Positions 47,200 to 58,500 of a stretch of 64,000 nt of DNA are shown here, in pieces. The notes below the pieces were generated by a model, which was given only the letters and a program-made list of their open reading frames with translations, made no database searches and had not been told where the DNA came from. Source of the DNA: a phage; the sequence record PZ154895.1. One strand, given 5' to 3'. The position numbers and the translations under genes were made by a program. Positions within the stretch are counted from its first letter, which is position 1; each line of letters opens with the position of its first letter.

Positions 47200-47529
47200 A
47201 TGAACAAGTTAGAAATTATTAATGAACTTCGTCGCTGTGCAGAACCCACTCAAGAGGGGTGGGACATCTGGTACCACGGGGCTTATCTTGGAACCATCGT
47301 AAAGATTAAGACCGGTAAATACATGATTATTCGTGAAAGTAAAGATGCTCCAGTAGGTATTCGCAATAATTTCATGGCAGCGATAAGTTCCTTTACGGAT
47401 TCAGCTTACGAAATTTACCTTGCTGATTATAAAGAATTCCAGGAATCTCAACCGGTTATTCGTTCAATTGGTGTTAACAAAGCTCAACAGAAAACTTTGT
47501 GGCAGCGTATTAAAGGATGGTTTAAATGA
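47200..47529 (+). CDS. hypothetical protein, 109 aa
   Basis: ORF after motA. Confidence 0.45.
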   Translation: MNKLEIINELRRCAEPTQEGWDIWYHGAYLGTIVKIKTGKYMIIRESKDAPVGIRNNFMAAISSFTDSAYEIYLADYKEFQESQPVIRSIGVNKAQQKTLWQRIKGWFK

Positions 47530-47987
47530 ACCCATTTATCAATCGTTTAAAAATGCTGAATGTTCCTTTATCTCGTGAAACTCCAGAAAGTCTTGTTGAA
47601 AAATTTAAAGCGCATGGTTATAAATGCACAGAAGAAGATATTCTGAAAGAAGTTCCTGAAATTTGTTGGCAGACTGCATATTGGGATGAAAACCAAAAGT
47701 ATCAACGACGAATTGTCTGTGCAGCCAACCGTTTTAAATTAAAAGATGGACGAACTCTTGTTATTCCAGGTGCTCGTCATTATTCTAAAGATATGGCAGA
47801 AGTTTTAGATGTAGTTAAACCTCAATTAGTTACTCAACAAGTTTGTGATGATGACCAAGGGTTTATTGACCAATATAGTAATTATTGGACACGTGAAGAA
47901 GCAATGATTATTGCAACTTACGCTGGACAAGTACGTATTGAACGTGGTGGTAGTGAAAAAGAACTTTACTCCGAGGACCTTTACTAA
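47526..47987 (+). CDS. hypothetical protein, 153 aa
   Basis: ATGA overlap. Confidence 0.5.
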   Translation: MNPFINRLKMLNVPLSRETPESLVEKFKAHGYKCTEEDILKEVPEICWQTAYWDENQKYQRRIVCAANRFKLKDGRTLVIPGARHYSKDMAEVLDVVKPQLVTQQVCDDDQGFIDQYSNYWTREEAMIIATYAGQVRIERGGSEKELYSEDLY

Positions 47988-48283
47988 TGAATATTAAAAA
48001 GTTTCAAATTGATGGAATTATGAATCAAATCCAGGCATTGGAATATGCCAATAAAATGATGTCAACCAAATGGGGAATTTATGCCAATGAACCGGCATTT
48101 CAGTTCTGTAATATGGAATTCACTAAAAAGCTCGTAGGAAAAGATTATGTATGTCCATTTAGTTCCCCAATAAATGGAATGCTAAAACCTGCTTTACGCG
48201 ATCTTTATATTGCGATGAACGAAGAGATGATAAAAGAGCTAAAACGTCAACTGAAGGTGATTCAATTTGGCCAGGGAAATTAA
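47987..48283 (+). CDS. hypothetical protein, 98 aa
   Basis: TAATG overlap. Confidence 0.45.
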   Translation: MNIKKFQIDGIMNQIQALEYANKMMSTKWGIYANEPAFQFCNMEFTKKLVGKDYVCPFSSPINGMLKPALRDLYIAMNEEMIKELKRQLKVIQFGQGN

Positions 48284-48485
48284 TTCAAAATCCGATTATT
48301 TTAATTCTCTCAATGATAAAGATAAAAATCTAATACGACATTTTATCGTTGAGATGGGATATACTGACACGCGTGATTTAAGAGAACATATATTTGAATG
48401 TGGTGTAGCTAAAAAGTTTTCATTCACATGCAAATGTTTAAGAGAGGTAATTCAACATTATGAACAATTTAGTCGCAAAACATAA
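48267..48485 (+). CDS. hypothetical protein, 72 aa (TTG start, doubtful)
   Basis: Six-frame ORF with alternative start only. Confidence 0.3.
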   Translation: MAREINSKSDYFNSLNDKDKNLIRHFIVEMGYTDTRDLREHIFECGVAKKFSFTCKCLREVIQHYEQFSRKT

Positions 48486-48568
48486 TTTTAATAAAGCTTC
48501 TGTTCATAAAGATAAGAAGAAAGCGTTTAAAGAATCTAATCGCAAACAGAAACATAAGGGGAAGGTCT

Positions 48569-48847
48569 ATGATTATTGATTCTCAATCTGTGGTTCAATA
48601 CACAATCAAAATTGATATTCTAGAAAAGCTATATAAGTTTCTACCAAATTTATACCACTCAATTGTTAATGAATTAGTTGAAGAACTACATCTTGAGAAT
48701 AATGATTTCTTGGTTGGAACTTATAAAGACCTCTCAAAAGCAGGGTATTTTTACGTAATTCCAGCTCCAGGAAAAAGTATTGATGATGTATTAAAAACTA
48801 TAATGATTTACGTCCATGATTACGAAATTGAAGACTATTTCGAATGA
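48569..48847 (+). CDS. arn: Arn anti-restriction (McrBC inhibitor, DNA mimic), by size and position
   Basis: 92 aa acidic protein upstream of asiA. Confidence 0.55.
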   Translation: MIIDSQSVVQYTIKIDILEKLYKFLPNLYHSIVNELVEELHLENNDFLVGTYKDLSKAGYFYVIPAPGKSIDDVLKTIMIYVHDYEIEDYFE

Positions 48848-48996
48848 GTCATAATCTTGAAAAGGTAATCGAGCATAATGTAGCTCAGGAACGCGAGTCG
48901 TTCAAGGAATTCGTAGAAAAAATTTTTGAAGAAAATAACACAGACCAGTTTACAAATCAAGCGTCTGATGATATTATAATAAAGTCAACTAATTGA
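48844..48996 (+). CDS. hypothetical protein, 50 aa
   Basis: ATGA overlap with arn; not in track. Confidence 0.35.
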   Translation: MSHNLEKVIEHNVAQERESFKEFVEKIFEENNTDQFTNQASDDIIIKSTN

Positions 48997-49008
48997 GTGG
49001 TATAGTTA

Positions 49009-49281
49009 ATGAATAAAAACATTGATACAGTTCGTGAAATTATTACTGTTGCGTCTATTTTGATTAAATTTTCCAGAGAAGATATTGTTGAGAATCGTGC
49101 TAATTTTATTGCATTTCTGAATGAGATTGGAGTAACGCATGAAGGTAGAAAGTTAAATCAGAATTCATTCCGTAAAATTGTTTCTGAATTAACTCAAGAA
49201 GATAAGAAAACCCTCATCGACGAATTCAACGAGGGTTTTGAGGGTGTATATCGATATCTAGAGATGTATACAAACAAATAA
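49009..49281 (+). CDS. asiA: AsiA anti-sigma-70 factor
   Basis: 90 aa; MNKNIDTVREIITVASILIKFSREDIVENRANFIAFLNEIG... matches T4 AsiA. Confidence 0.9.
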   Translation: MNKNIDTVREIITVASILIKFSREDIVENRANFIAFLNEIGVTHEGRKLNQNSFRKIVSELTQEDKKTLIDEFNEGFEGVYRYLEMYTNK

Positions 49282-49938
49282 TTATTTAGCCCTTCCTAAT
49301 ATTCTGGCCGCCTGAGCACATATTGATTCAAGGCGGTCATTACTTATATGATCATTTCTATACCAGTACATGGTTATTGTTCCAGCATAGATATTATCCA
49401 AATTGAAATATGGACAACTGTACATGTAATTTATTTCGGGAGTAGGCTTTTTAGTTGGTAAAAAAGCAAATTTTGAATTGGAATAATAGTGACGTCCATT
49501 TAAATGAACTGTATATTCATCCATAGTTTTATCAACAGGATATCCTCCAAGTGATTTTTCAGTTATTGTTGAAGGTAATCTTCCTTCGTATGCTATAATA
49601 TCAACAAAATAGTTTAAGTTTTTAGGGCGGAAAGAATACACCGCACTAAAGTCTGCCTCAGATGATATATGAACTATCTGGAGTTGTTCCAGGGCGACAG
49701 ATTCAAAGCGTGCAGTTCTTTCCTTTTCAATAATTTCACTGTATGTTTCATACTTTGATTGCTTATAGTACTCAAAGAAACTATCTCCCCTATACCAAAC
49801 AATCGCCATCATAAATAAAAGAATTACGACAGCTACTCGGGAAGCAAGAACTTTCCCGGTAGCGTTATCTTTGAACAAGCGATCTAGAACACCAAATAGA
49901 ATATCAGAGGGCGAAAATGATATTCTAGGTGCTGCCAT
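49282..49938 (-). CDS. t: holin T
   Basis: 218 aa; MAAPRISFSPSDILFGVLDRLFKDNATGKV... matches T4 holin; single N-terminal TM. Confidence 0.93.
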   Translation of the reverse strand: MAAPRISFSPSDILFGVLDRLFKDNATGKVLASRVAVVILLFMMAIVWYRGDSFFEYYKQSKYETYSEIIEKERTARFESVALEQLQIVHISSEADFSAVYSFRPKNLNYFVDIIAYEGRLPSTITEKSLGGYPVDKTMDEYTVHLNGRHYYSNSKFAFLPTKKPTPEINYMYSCPYFNLDNIYAGTITMYWYRNDHISNDRLESICAQAARILGRAK

Positions 49939-49956
49939 AGACCCTCCTTTTTAAGA

Positions 49957-49964
49957 TATTTATA
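49957..49964 (-). promoter_or_regulatory. late promoter TATAAATA for t
   Basis: Exact TATAAATA on - strand 18 nt upstream of t ATG. Confidence 0.6.
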
Positions 49965-50511
49965 CGTAATGCTTGAATAAACGCTTATACCAAGGCTTCC
50001 GTTCTTTTTCAGGCCATGCAGGGAATTCACCACCTAAATGCTCATGCTTTTCTAAAAGAGCAAAGAACCGTTTAAGGTTTTGATGATAGAATTTTTCCTT
50101 TTTATTTGCAGCTGAAGCTTCGATCATATTACTCAATACTTGAAATTCTTTATATAATTCTTCAATTTTTCTATTACGAATTAAAACCCGTTTATATGTT
50201 TCATCTTCTTTCCAACCATCATCAGTCCATATGTCAAATTCGCCGGGTTCATCAAAAGTTATACCAACTGGGCTTCCAATGTCATTTATAAAAATTTCTT
50301 CTTTATTAAAAGTCCATGCTCGTTTGCCGCGATGGTCTTCTTCATAAATCCAATCCTGAATACGTTCATCAAATACAACCGCGTATCCTTCTTTAGGTTC
50401 TAAAGGTTTTTTAATTGTTGAATGAGCAGGAAGACCAAGACCTTTAATCGGTTTGTAATTTTCTTCTTTGTAAAATTCTTTTGTGTCAAAATAATAATGA
50501 TAGATTTTCAT
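49960..50511 (-). CDS. 38: gp38 tail-fibre assembly chaperone (T4 type)
   Basis: 183 aa, same length as T4 gp38; downstream of gene 37. Confidence 0.85.
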   Translation of the reverse strand: MKIYHYYFDTKEFYKEENYKPIKGLGLPAHSTIKKPLEPKEGYAVVFDERIQDWIYEEDHRGKRAWTFNKEEIFINDIGSPVGITFDEPGEFDIWTDDGWKEDETYKRVLIRNRKIEELYKEFQVLSNMIEASAANKKEKFYHQNLKRFFALLEKHEHLGGEFPAWPEKERKPWYKRLFKHYV

Positions 50512-50540
50512 ATTTAGAAGGGGCCGAAGCCCCTCTCCTT
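50512..50540 (-). promoter_or_regulatory. gene 38 translation initiation region: SD and AUG separated by a stable hairpin
   Basis: - strand reads AAGGAG-AGGGGC-UUCG-GCCCCU-UCUAAAU-AUG; SD overlaps gene 37 stop. Confidence 0.6.
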
Positions 50541-53500
50541 ATGCTAAACGAACGATATAGTTAAAAGCAATGTTTTTAACCGTGTTTTCTGTATTACCTG
50601 TACTATTTACAGTGATAGTATGACCATGCGAACCAATCGCTACCGTGTGGGTATGAGCACCAATACCTACAGAGTGGGAATGGTTACCATCACCGCTTGT
50701 AGTACCAGACCATGTGTGTGTATGGTTACCAGTTGTGTTAGTGTTAGGGAACTTATTGTCTCTTCTGTCAAGCCAGTCAAGTGTTCTAGGTAGACTGTTA
50801 CCAATGGTTGTATAACCGTACAAAGCATCACCGCCGTTAACTAATAGTAGACCTAAGTGATGAGCGTGGTTACCAGCAGCACTTGTTGTACCACTTACAG
50901 AGTGAGTGTGAGCACCAGTACTATTAGTGTTCTTCGTACCATAGTCAAAGCTTGATGTGGTTTTAGTGCCTAAGTCAGTACTTGAAGCAGATGCACTATG
51001 GCTATGAGCCTTAACACCATCTTCTTCTGTGCTCAAAACAGCACGACCACTTGGTTTACCTTTGATAGTTTGCCCGCGCATATCTGGAATAACACCGCTA
51101 GGATATGCAACAGCTAGCTTTGGATATGCAGACTTATCAAAGGTCTGACCTTCCATAATAGCGTAACCGTTAGGAGGAGTATCTGTAGGCCATGGAATTG
51201 GAGCTCCAATAGGATAACTTGAAACAATATCAGTTTTAAGTGATTCAATTGTACTGTTTAAGTTAGCAAAATTACCAGAACCACCAGTAATATTACCATC
51301 AGTGCCAAGAGTGGCAGCGCCGGCAATAATTTTACCTGCCGCGCGGAAATCGCCTGTGCGACGGAATTCCCAACTCAAATCTACGCCATTGGTGCTAGTT
51401 CCCTGGTGATAATGGACGCGGAAGTCTCCCTGAGAAATCAAGGTACCAATAGAATAAGTACTATCTCCTTGAACGTAACGTTGCTTCAAAATTGGAATAT
51501 AAGTACTATTATCACCACGGTCGATATTCATATAGAACGGTGCACGAACATTTTCGTTATTCTGTGAAGCAAACGAACCAGCACCTGCCGGGCGAACAGA
51601 GTTAGTGCATTCAACATCAATATAAGACGAGTGGCCTATTTGCATGCGGAAATTAGGGCTTAATCTGGTATTAGAAGTTATCACAACAAGTTTACTATCA
51701 TTATCAATAGTAACCATATTGCCGCCTAATCCATCGTCGCCTAATGTAACCGAATGACGCATTTGTACCATACCATTATTAAGACTAATACTTAATGGGC
51801 GGAGATTACTTATTCCACCACTTTCACCAGCATCTTTAGGAGTCGGGATAATATGTAATGCTGCTTCTGAACGACGGAAAATAGCACCGTATTCAGCATT
51901 CCAAATTCTCAATGCATCAGCTGTTCCACCAATTTTTACTTGGCCTGTAATAGAAGAACCCCCAGTTAAATTAAGCCCATTGCTCATTGTAACTGCGCCG
52001 ACTAAAGTGCTCAATCCATTAACTTTAAGATTTCCTGCAGTGCTAATAGAGCCGTTAGCATTAACTGGTCCATTGAACTGGGTTACAACGGGCCCAACAG
52101 TTTCAGAACCTTCTGGGCGCTGGCGTTGTGAATAAAAATAATAACCTTGTGAATCATATACTTCAAATACAGTTTCTCTAATACCGGGAACTGAGTTAAA
52201 GGCATTACCCCATGCTTTAATTGAAACAGTATTTTTATTCTGTCCGTTACGAGTGCCTGCATCCCAGTTAATAGTTTTGGTACCATCTACACCGGAAGGA
52301 GCTTTAAACGATAAAGCATTAGTATTATCATCACCATTTAAAAACAAGCCCGTACGCATAGAAATACGTTGGGTTGAGTCAAATGTACCATCTGCTCTAA
52401 TAGCAACTCTATTAGACCCAGTTTTAATATCTAAAATACCTGGCTCAACAAGAAGTCCATCGCCCATGCTAACAGACATACGACCCGTGCCACGGAAATA
52501 GTGATACATTTTAGAATTACTGTTATAACCGATATGAGTTTGCCCATCACCGTTATTATTGCCATCAACATCAGTACGTGCAGTAAACATTGCTTGGTTG
52601 TTATTTGGGAAAACCCAAGTAGAACCGGAATCTCGACTATAACCAACCATCAATTTTTTAGTACTGTTAATACCATTATTAATAATAGTCGCCGCAGAAA
52701 TACCGTTAGCCATCAGGTCATAAACGCCATCACGGACCCATTTAATACCGGTGTCATTATCACCAATTGCAATACCGATAGAAATGGCAGAATCTAAAGG
52801 ATAACGTCCATTTGCACCGTTATCAGGAAGACCTACTGAAATAGATTTACCTGCAGTAATACGACCGGAGATATCAAACGCCCATAGGAAAGATTCCGGG
52901 CCTACGCCTGTCCACCAAGAAATTTCTTGTGGCTTACCTTTTCGGCAATCGGCAATTTCATGGAAAATACTTGCTGCACTTGATGCACGCAATTTACGCA
53001 AATAGTTTAAACCATTAGTGGTATTATCAGAACCATCAGCCGGTGGGTTATAAACCCAAGTAGGTAAAGAAACCCAATCATACCCGATGTTGGCGTTAGC
53101 GACAAATGTTTTTGTACTGAAATTAATATTTTTAGTAACAATTTCAGGCCCGGTGATAATACCATTAGCGGAGTTAATATTGCCTGACGCAGAAATATTA
53201 CCGGCACGAACTTCAATACTACCGGAATCTACGATGAAATTACCATTTCTATTAAAAGTCCAGTATTTTGAATCACCAGATTCATTGATATATTGAATTT
53301 TAAAACTTCCTTCATTTACTAACGTACCAACAGAAAAAGTTCCATCTTTATAGCGTTGTTTAATTAGCGGATGGTATTCTGAAGTAGAAGTAGTTGAACT
53401 CAAATCGGTAAAGATAGGAGCTTTATTTTTATGTTGGTTTGCCCAAGCACCATTACCCGCGGTTTTAGGCAGGAATTCAATATATTTACCAGCATAAACA

Positions 53501-53742
53501 AACTGGTTTCCATTAAGATTATATGTTCCATTTTGTAAATAATCACCAGTTTGAGTGATATTTCCACTGATATTACCGCCAGCGGAAATGCTTAAGTCGA
53601 TGATATTTCCTGAATCATCTTTAGTAAAAATTGTTCTATCTTTTAAGTTTATAGCCAATTCACCTTCGGCTAATACTGAAGCAGCAGGACGTGCACCTGC
53701 GGTTTTGCTTCTTTTAAATTGTATTTGTTTTAAAGTAGCCAT
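50539..53742 (-). CDS. 37: gp37 long tail fibre distal subunit (receptor-binding)
   Basis: 1067 aa; C-terminal HxH repeats and ...NYIVRLA end as in T4 gp37. Confidence 0.95.
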   Translation of the reverse strand: MATLKQIQFKRSKTAGARPAASVLAEGELAINLKDRTIFTKDDSGNIIDLSISAGGNISGNITQTGDYLQNGTYNLNGNQFVYAGKYIEFLPKTAGNGAWANQHKNKAPIFTDLSSTTSTSEYHPLIKQRYKDGTFSVGTLVNEGSFKIQYINESGDSKYWTFNRNGNFIVDSGSIEVRAGNISASGNINSANGIITGPEIVTKNINFSTKTFVANANIGYDWVSLPTWVYNPPADGSDNTTNGLNYLRKLRASSAASIFHEIADCRKGKPQEISWWTGVGPESFLWAFDISGRITAGKSISVGLPDNGANGRYPLDSAISIGIAIGDNDTGIKWVRDGVYDLMANGISAATIINNGINSTKKLMVGYSRDSGSTWVFPNNNQAMFTARTDVDGNNNGDGQTHIGYNSNSKMYHYFRGTGRMSVSMGDGLLVEPGILDIKTGSNRVAIRADGTFDSTQRISMRTGLFLNGDDNTNALSFKAPSGVDGTKTINWDAGTRNGQNKNTVSIKAWGNAFNSVPGIRETVFEVYDSQGYYFYSQRQRPEGSETVGPVVTQFNGPVNANGSISTAGNLKVNGLSTLVGAVTMSNGLNLTGGSSITGQVKIGGTADALRIWNAEYGAIFRRSEAALHIIPTPKDAGESGGISNLRPLSISLNNGMVQMRHSVTLGDDGLGGNMVTIDNDSKLVVITSNTRLSPNFRMQIGHSSYIDVECTNSVRPAGAGSFASQNNENVRAPFYMNIDRGDNSTYIPILKQRYVQGDSTYSIGTLISQGDFRVHYHQGTSTNGVDLSWEFRRTGDFRAAGKIIAGAATLGTDGNITGGSGNFANLNSTIESLKTDIVSSYPIGAPIPWPTDTPPNGYAIMEGQTFDKSAYPKLAVAYPSGVIPDMRGQTIKGKPSGRAVLSTEEDGVKAHSHSASASSTDLGTKTTSSFDYGTKNTNSTGAHTHSVSGTTSAAGNHAHHLGLLLVNGGDALYGYTTIGNSLPRTLDWLDRRDNKFPNTNTTGNHTHTWSGTTSGDGNHSHSVGIGAHTHTVAIGSHGHTITVNSTGNTENTVKNIAFNYIVRLA

Positions 53743-53750
53743 AAGTCCTC

Positions 53751-54413
53751 TTAATAATAGCCGAAATCTTGAACAGAATCCTTAATTACGATTTGGTCAA
53801 ATCGTGGAACGTGTGAAGGTTGAGATGCAGGATTCTGCGAGAAAAAGTTTGGTGCTGTTAAGTTACCCGTCATAGTGTCGCCAGATCGTAACACTCTAGA
53901 GTTCGCATTTGCCGTAACAGTATTTATTGCTCCATCAACATAGTCCTTTCTAGTAAGGTCATTTGCTGATACAGGAGAAACTGCATTACTTCTTATTTGA
54001 CCTACTGCTGTCACAACGCCTTTTGTACTAATATCACCATTACGTGCATTAATTACAACAGTTCGGTCTGCTGAACCTTGTGATGATTTAAAACCAATAC
54101 CATTCCACGAAACGATGTCAATATTTGCCATAGCAAAAGTAGCTGCATCACCGTTACCTGGATAAACACCGCACTGTTGACTACTACCTATAGTAGGAAC
54201 ATGTACTCCTCCATTAAATCGAACAGTCGCGGCATAAGTACCACCATTAGCTTTAGAAACGAAATCGTTATCAGCAGCTTGTGGTTTATTGTATTCTGAA
54301 TATATTTTAAATGATTTATAGAGTACATCGTCACCGGCTGGATTCAATGGAAAATTTCCTTGATGCCAAATGACAGAGCCTCCAGTTGTTGAACCTACTT
54401 TTAAATCAGCCAT
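53751..54413 (-). CDS. 36: gp36 long tail fibre hinge/distal connector
   Basis: 220 aa; position between 35 and 37. Confidence 0.9.
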   Translation of the reverse strand: MADLKVGSTTGGSVIWHQGNFPLNPAGDDVLYKSFKIYSEYNKPQAADNDFVSKANGGTYAATVRFNGGVHVPTIGSSQQCGVYPGNGDAATFAMANIDIVSWNGIGFKSSQGSADRTVVINARNGDISTKGVVTAVGQIRSNAVSPVSANDLTRKDYVDGAINTVTANANSRVLRSGDTMTGNLTAPNFFSQNPASQPSHVPRFDQIVIKDSVQDFGYY

Positions 54414-54436
54414 TGTATGCCCCTTTATTTTAATAG

Positions 54437-54444
54437 TATTTATA
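54437..54444 (-). promoter_or_regulatory. late promoter TATAAATA for gene 36
   Basis: Exact TATAAATA on - strand about 24 nt upstream of gene 36 ATG. Confidence 0.6.
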
Positions 54445-54470
54445 AAGAAAAAGGGAACCCGAAGGCTCCC
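54445..54470 (-). terminator. intrinsic terminator after gene 35 (GGGAGCC-UUCG-GGUUCCC plus U run)
   Basis: 7-bp stem with one G-U pair, UUCG loop, UUUUUCUUU on - strand. Confidence 0.6.
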
Positions 54471-54475
54471 TCAAT

Positions 54476-55591
54476 TTATACTTCTCTAAATTCTTGCCCA
54501 AACACTTTACCAGTTTTAGACGATGCTTGCGTAGGAAGTACCATTATATCCGGAGGTGAAGCAGATTCACAGATATAATTAACACGAATGCCGTTGACGC
54601 CAAATTCAGCAGGTTTCGAAATACCTCCATTTCTTGACACTTCAGAAAAGCTTAAATTTCTCATGCCACCTTGACCAGCTTGTGCTGTTCTTTGTGCATA
54701 TATCGTAAATCCCACAGCGTTTTCTGGAACAACTACATAATCTTCCTTTAATTCCCAAGACCCAGCTTGTCCGGTAAACTCAGCTTGTGTTGAAGAAATA
54801 TATCCATTTGATGCGTTATAAAAACGGATAGATATATTTGTGGTTCCAAGCGCAAGTAAATCGGCATCAGCATATAACTGAGCTTTAAGATAAAGAACAT
54901 CGCCAGGAATTAAATTATAATCAGAGAGTTTACTTATAGCAGCTGAAGTTGGCAATCGCGCAATTTCGTTATTAGTTCCACCAACCGCTGACATAAATTG
55001 CTCGATGCTTTCATATGTTCTTTTAGGAAATCCCGTAGCTCCAACGTCTTCTAAACTGTCAAATACAACATCTAAAATAGTTTGATAGTCATCTGTGCTT
55101 TTTCTATTACTTAGTTTAACGTGTTCTAATGCAATAGCTCTTTTAGAAGAAGTGTAAAAAGCAGCATATGATACGTCAAATCTTGACAATATAGAATCAG
55201 ATGGAAAAGCAGACGTTCCTGCGGTTCTTAGCCAAGATACTACTTCAGGAGGAAAATTAACCTTTCCGTTAGTTAATATAGCAACAAGTCTATTATTCGC
55301 CAAAGAATTCATGAAACTAACAAAAGCAGCTGATGTAGTATCATTTGAAGTCGAAAAAGCATATGACTTACTATCAACTAATGCTCCGGTGGAAGGGTCA
55401 AAAACTCTTAAATGAAGACCCGCGCTAAATGTTTGACTTCCAACCGGATTATCTTGAAATTTAACGTATGGTCCTGCAGTAGAAAGCGGGCAAGAACCCG
55501 CTATACTTATTTTGTATCTTACTGAATTACTTTCCGATAAAAATGGCGTTTGGACATATCCTTGTCCAAACTCTGCCATAAATTTTTCCAT
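54476..55591 (-). CDS. 35: gp35 long tail fibre hinge
   Basis: 371 aa; position after gene 34. Confidence 0.9.
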   Translation of the reverse strand: MEKFMAEFGQGYVQTPFLSESNSVRYKISIAGSCPLSTAGPYVKFQDNPVGSQTFSAGLHLRVFDPSTGALVDSKSYAFSTSNDTTSAAFVSFMNSLANNRLVAILTNGKVNFPPEVVSWLRTAGTSAFPSDSILSRFDVSYAAFYTSSKRAIALEHVKLSNRKSTDDYQTILDVVFDSLEDVGATGFPKRTYESIEQFMSAVGGTNNEIARLPTSAAISKLSDYNLIPGDVLYLKAQLYADADLLALGTTNISIRFYNASNGYISSTQAEFTGQAGSWELKEDYVVVPENAVGFTIYAQRTAQAGQGGMRNLSFSEVSRNGGISKPAEFGVNGIRVNYICESASPPDIMVLPTQASSKTGKVFGQEFREV

Positions 55592-55599
55592 AATACCTC

Positions 55600-58500
55600 T
55601 TATTCAATCCATTCAAATTTAACAGATTTATTCACTGGGTCAGGAATAATGCGAACATTACCAATTCGTAAGAAATCACGAATAGTAAGATTCCCTATTG
55701 TAGCATTATCAGATGGCAAAGCACCGATATCAGACGGCTGAGGAGGGTTACCTCCATCAAATACCTGAACAAAACTCGACCAAGAATTTTTGGTTTTCTG
55801 CCATGTACGTGTCCAGCGAGTGGTACGTGCTTCTGGAGTCGTTGGATAAGTAATCCAATCTTGGTAAAGCGAATCAAGTGTGTTACCAAACTGGGTCAAT
55901 GTACCAGGAGATTTAACCTCTTCTCCGCGTTCTAAGTATGGAAGTCCAGTCACTTCATTAGTTTTTTCAACCATTTTAAAATAACCTGGGAACTGGTTAT
56001 AAGTAGCTGAATCATTAATGTCAATTGACCAGAATCCTACAGTATCAGATGTTGGCGCTCGGGTGTATAGGTCAGCAGTTTTAGTGCCCTGAGAACGAAT
56101 TCTCGAGTTAACAGTTAAACCACCTGAATTTATAGTAGCACCTTTGGCAATGATTAAGCTTTCACCAATCGTTACTTGACCGGACTGATTATTAATAGCT
56201 AAAGGGCGTAATCCATTAAATCCACCAGTCTGATCGCCCGATGCAGTGAGCATAAAATATGTGCTGCCGCCATCATTCCTGATAAAGAATCCATAATTAC
56301 CACTTATTGCTCTAAAAGCATTCGATGACTTGCTGATGAATTCACCATTAGCAGTAACTGAACTACCAAATGTTGCAACGCCGTTCGCGTTCAAAGAACC
56401 CGAAGCATTGACATTTATCGGCATCACAGTACCATTGATACTAAACGTTATATTCCCAGCTTTATTACGTTGAGAATAAAAGTGATTAGACGTTTCATCA
56501 CCAACTTCAAATACAGTAGAACGTGTTGTATCTGAACCGCCACCAAACTGATTTCCCCAAACTCTGATAGTCATCGTCTGTACTGGGTTAGTTCCAGTTT
56601 GAGGTCCTTTCTCAAAAATCAGACGAGTTGCCGTTCCAGTATTAGAAATAGTTAATGTGCTGTTTGCCGAAACTGATCCGCCAAACGTAGCAGTACTAGA
56701 TGATACAAGAGGGGCACTCAGATTCGTTTGCTGGGTTAATGTTAGTGAACCATTAACCGTCTGTGCAATATCCCTACGAATGAACTGGGATGAATCTAGA
56801 CCATCCAATAAATTTGTGTCAGCGGCTTTTGCTTTTAACGGCAAATAATTTGCTAATACACGGTTTAATTCATATGGTGATACTGCATAGCTATTTTTCT
56901 CATATAACTCTAAGTCCTGCGTAGAACCAGCTGTATCATTACCAACGAATGTAATTGAACCAGATGAAGTTTTAACAAAGCCTCTTATCGCAGTAGTAGC
57001 TGCCCAAGTAGGTTCACTCTGCACAATCCATTTTAAATTTTTTGGAGATACAGCAGTATTTGCTGACGTTCCAGTTACAGTTTCAGACTGAGTTGCAACT
57101 TTAATAACACCTTCTTGCGATTCGGTAGATTTAGTACCTAAAAGCTTTTTAGGAGTTATTAAAACATTATCCAATGTTCCTGCAGCAGCTTCAACCTGTG
57201 TAGCCACACGAAGTGTACCACGCTGTGTCTCATTTGCTTCAAGAATATTAAGGGTATAATGGTCCCAGAGAGTTCCTGATTCAACTAATCCAGATAGAGC
57301 AACAACAGAAGTACGATCAGTACTATTAAATCTAGTTTTAATTTTTAATGGTGTAGAGATACGAGTATCGTCGACGCCTGCGTCGAATTCAACTTGTGTA
57401 GCAATTTCAGCTACACCACTTAAACTTTCAGTTGCTTTACGGTCATTTAAAGTTTTAGGAGTGACTGCACGAGTATAATCAGTTCCTGTATTAACTTCAC
57501 TTTGCGTAGCAATTTCAATTAAACCAATTCTTCCATCAGTTGATGTCTTTTTATGTAACGTTTCTGGCGTTACAACAGCATTTGCCCATCCTTCTTGACT
57601 CTGTCCAGCAATTACTTCACTTTCAACTGCTAAAATTACTGCACCTTGCTGTGTTGGAGTAGCTTTATACTGATCCAAAGCTTTAGGCGAAACGACTAAA
57701 TTATTAGTGTTTTTATTATAAACGTTTGTACCATTTAATTCACGGCTAGAAGCTGGAGTAGCTCCTGCAGTAGATACAAAGGTTACAATACCAGATAATG
57801 ATTCAGAACCTTGACGAGCTTGAAGCTTTTTAGGAGTGATGATTGTAGTATCATCAGTACCTGCATTAGTTTCCTGCTGCGTAGCAATTTCAGCGACACC
57901 TCTACGAGTTTCTGTAGCAGTTCTTTCATTCAGCTTTTTAGGAGTAATGATAATATCATCAGCAAAAGAGAATGTGGTGTTCTGATTTACTTGAGCAGTG
58001 GTTGCTATTCTTGCGATACCTCTACGAGTTTCTGTAGCAGTACGGTTAGCTAATGTTTCTGGAGTAATTGCTAATTCTTTTTGCGGAGAATTTTCTAAAT
58101 CGACATTAGCTTGAGCTTGTGTAGCTAAAGCAATTACGCCTAATCTTGCTCTAGTAGAATTATTTAAAGAATCGACTCTTTCAACCGTTGGAACGTTTTG
58201 TTGTACAACCCAGTATTTTCCGTCAGAATCTTCTATATAAGCAAGTTGTAAAACCGGAACATAATTGGTTTCGCCGTTAAAAACTAATTCTTGAACAGTC
58301 ACCCATTCAGCTTCAGGTGGATATTCTGAACGTTTTGGGAATTGCAGCAATTGAACTGAAGAAGCAATTTTATCTTCACCGGCAGCTTTGATTTTAACTG
58401 TTTGTCCTTTTCTCATGTAATTCATGGAAATTTTAACAGTATCACCAATGGAAATATCGGTTGGAAGCTGAAGTTCAATTGTTTGGGCTGTTCCGTTATT

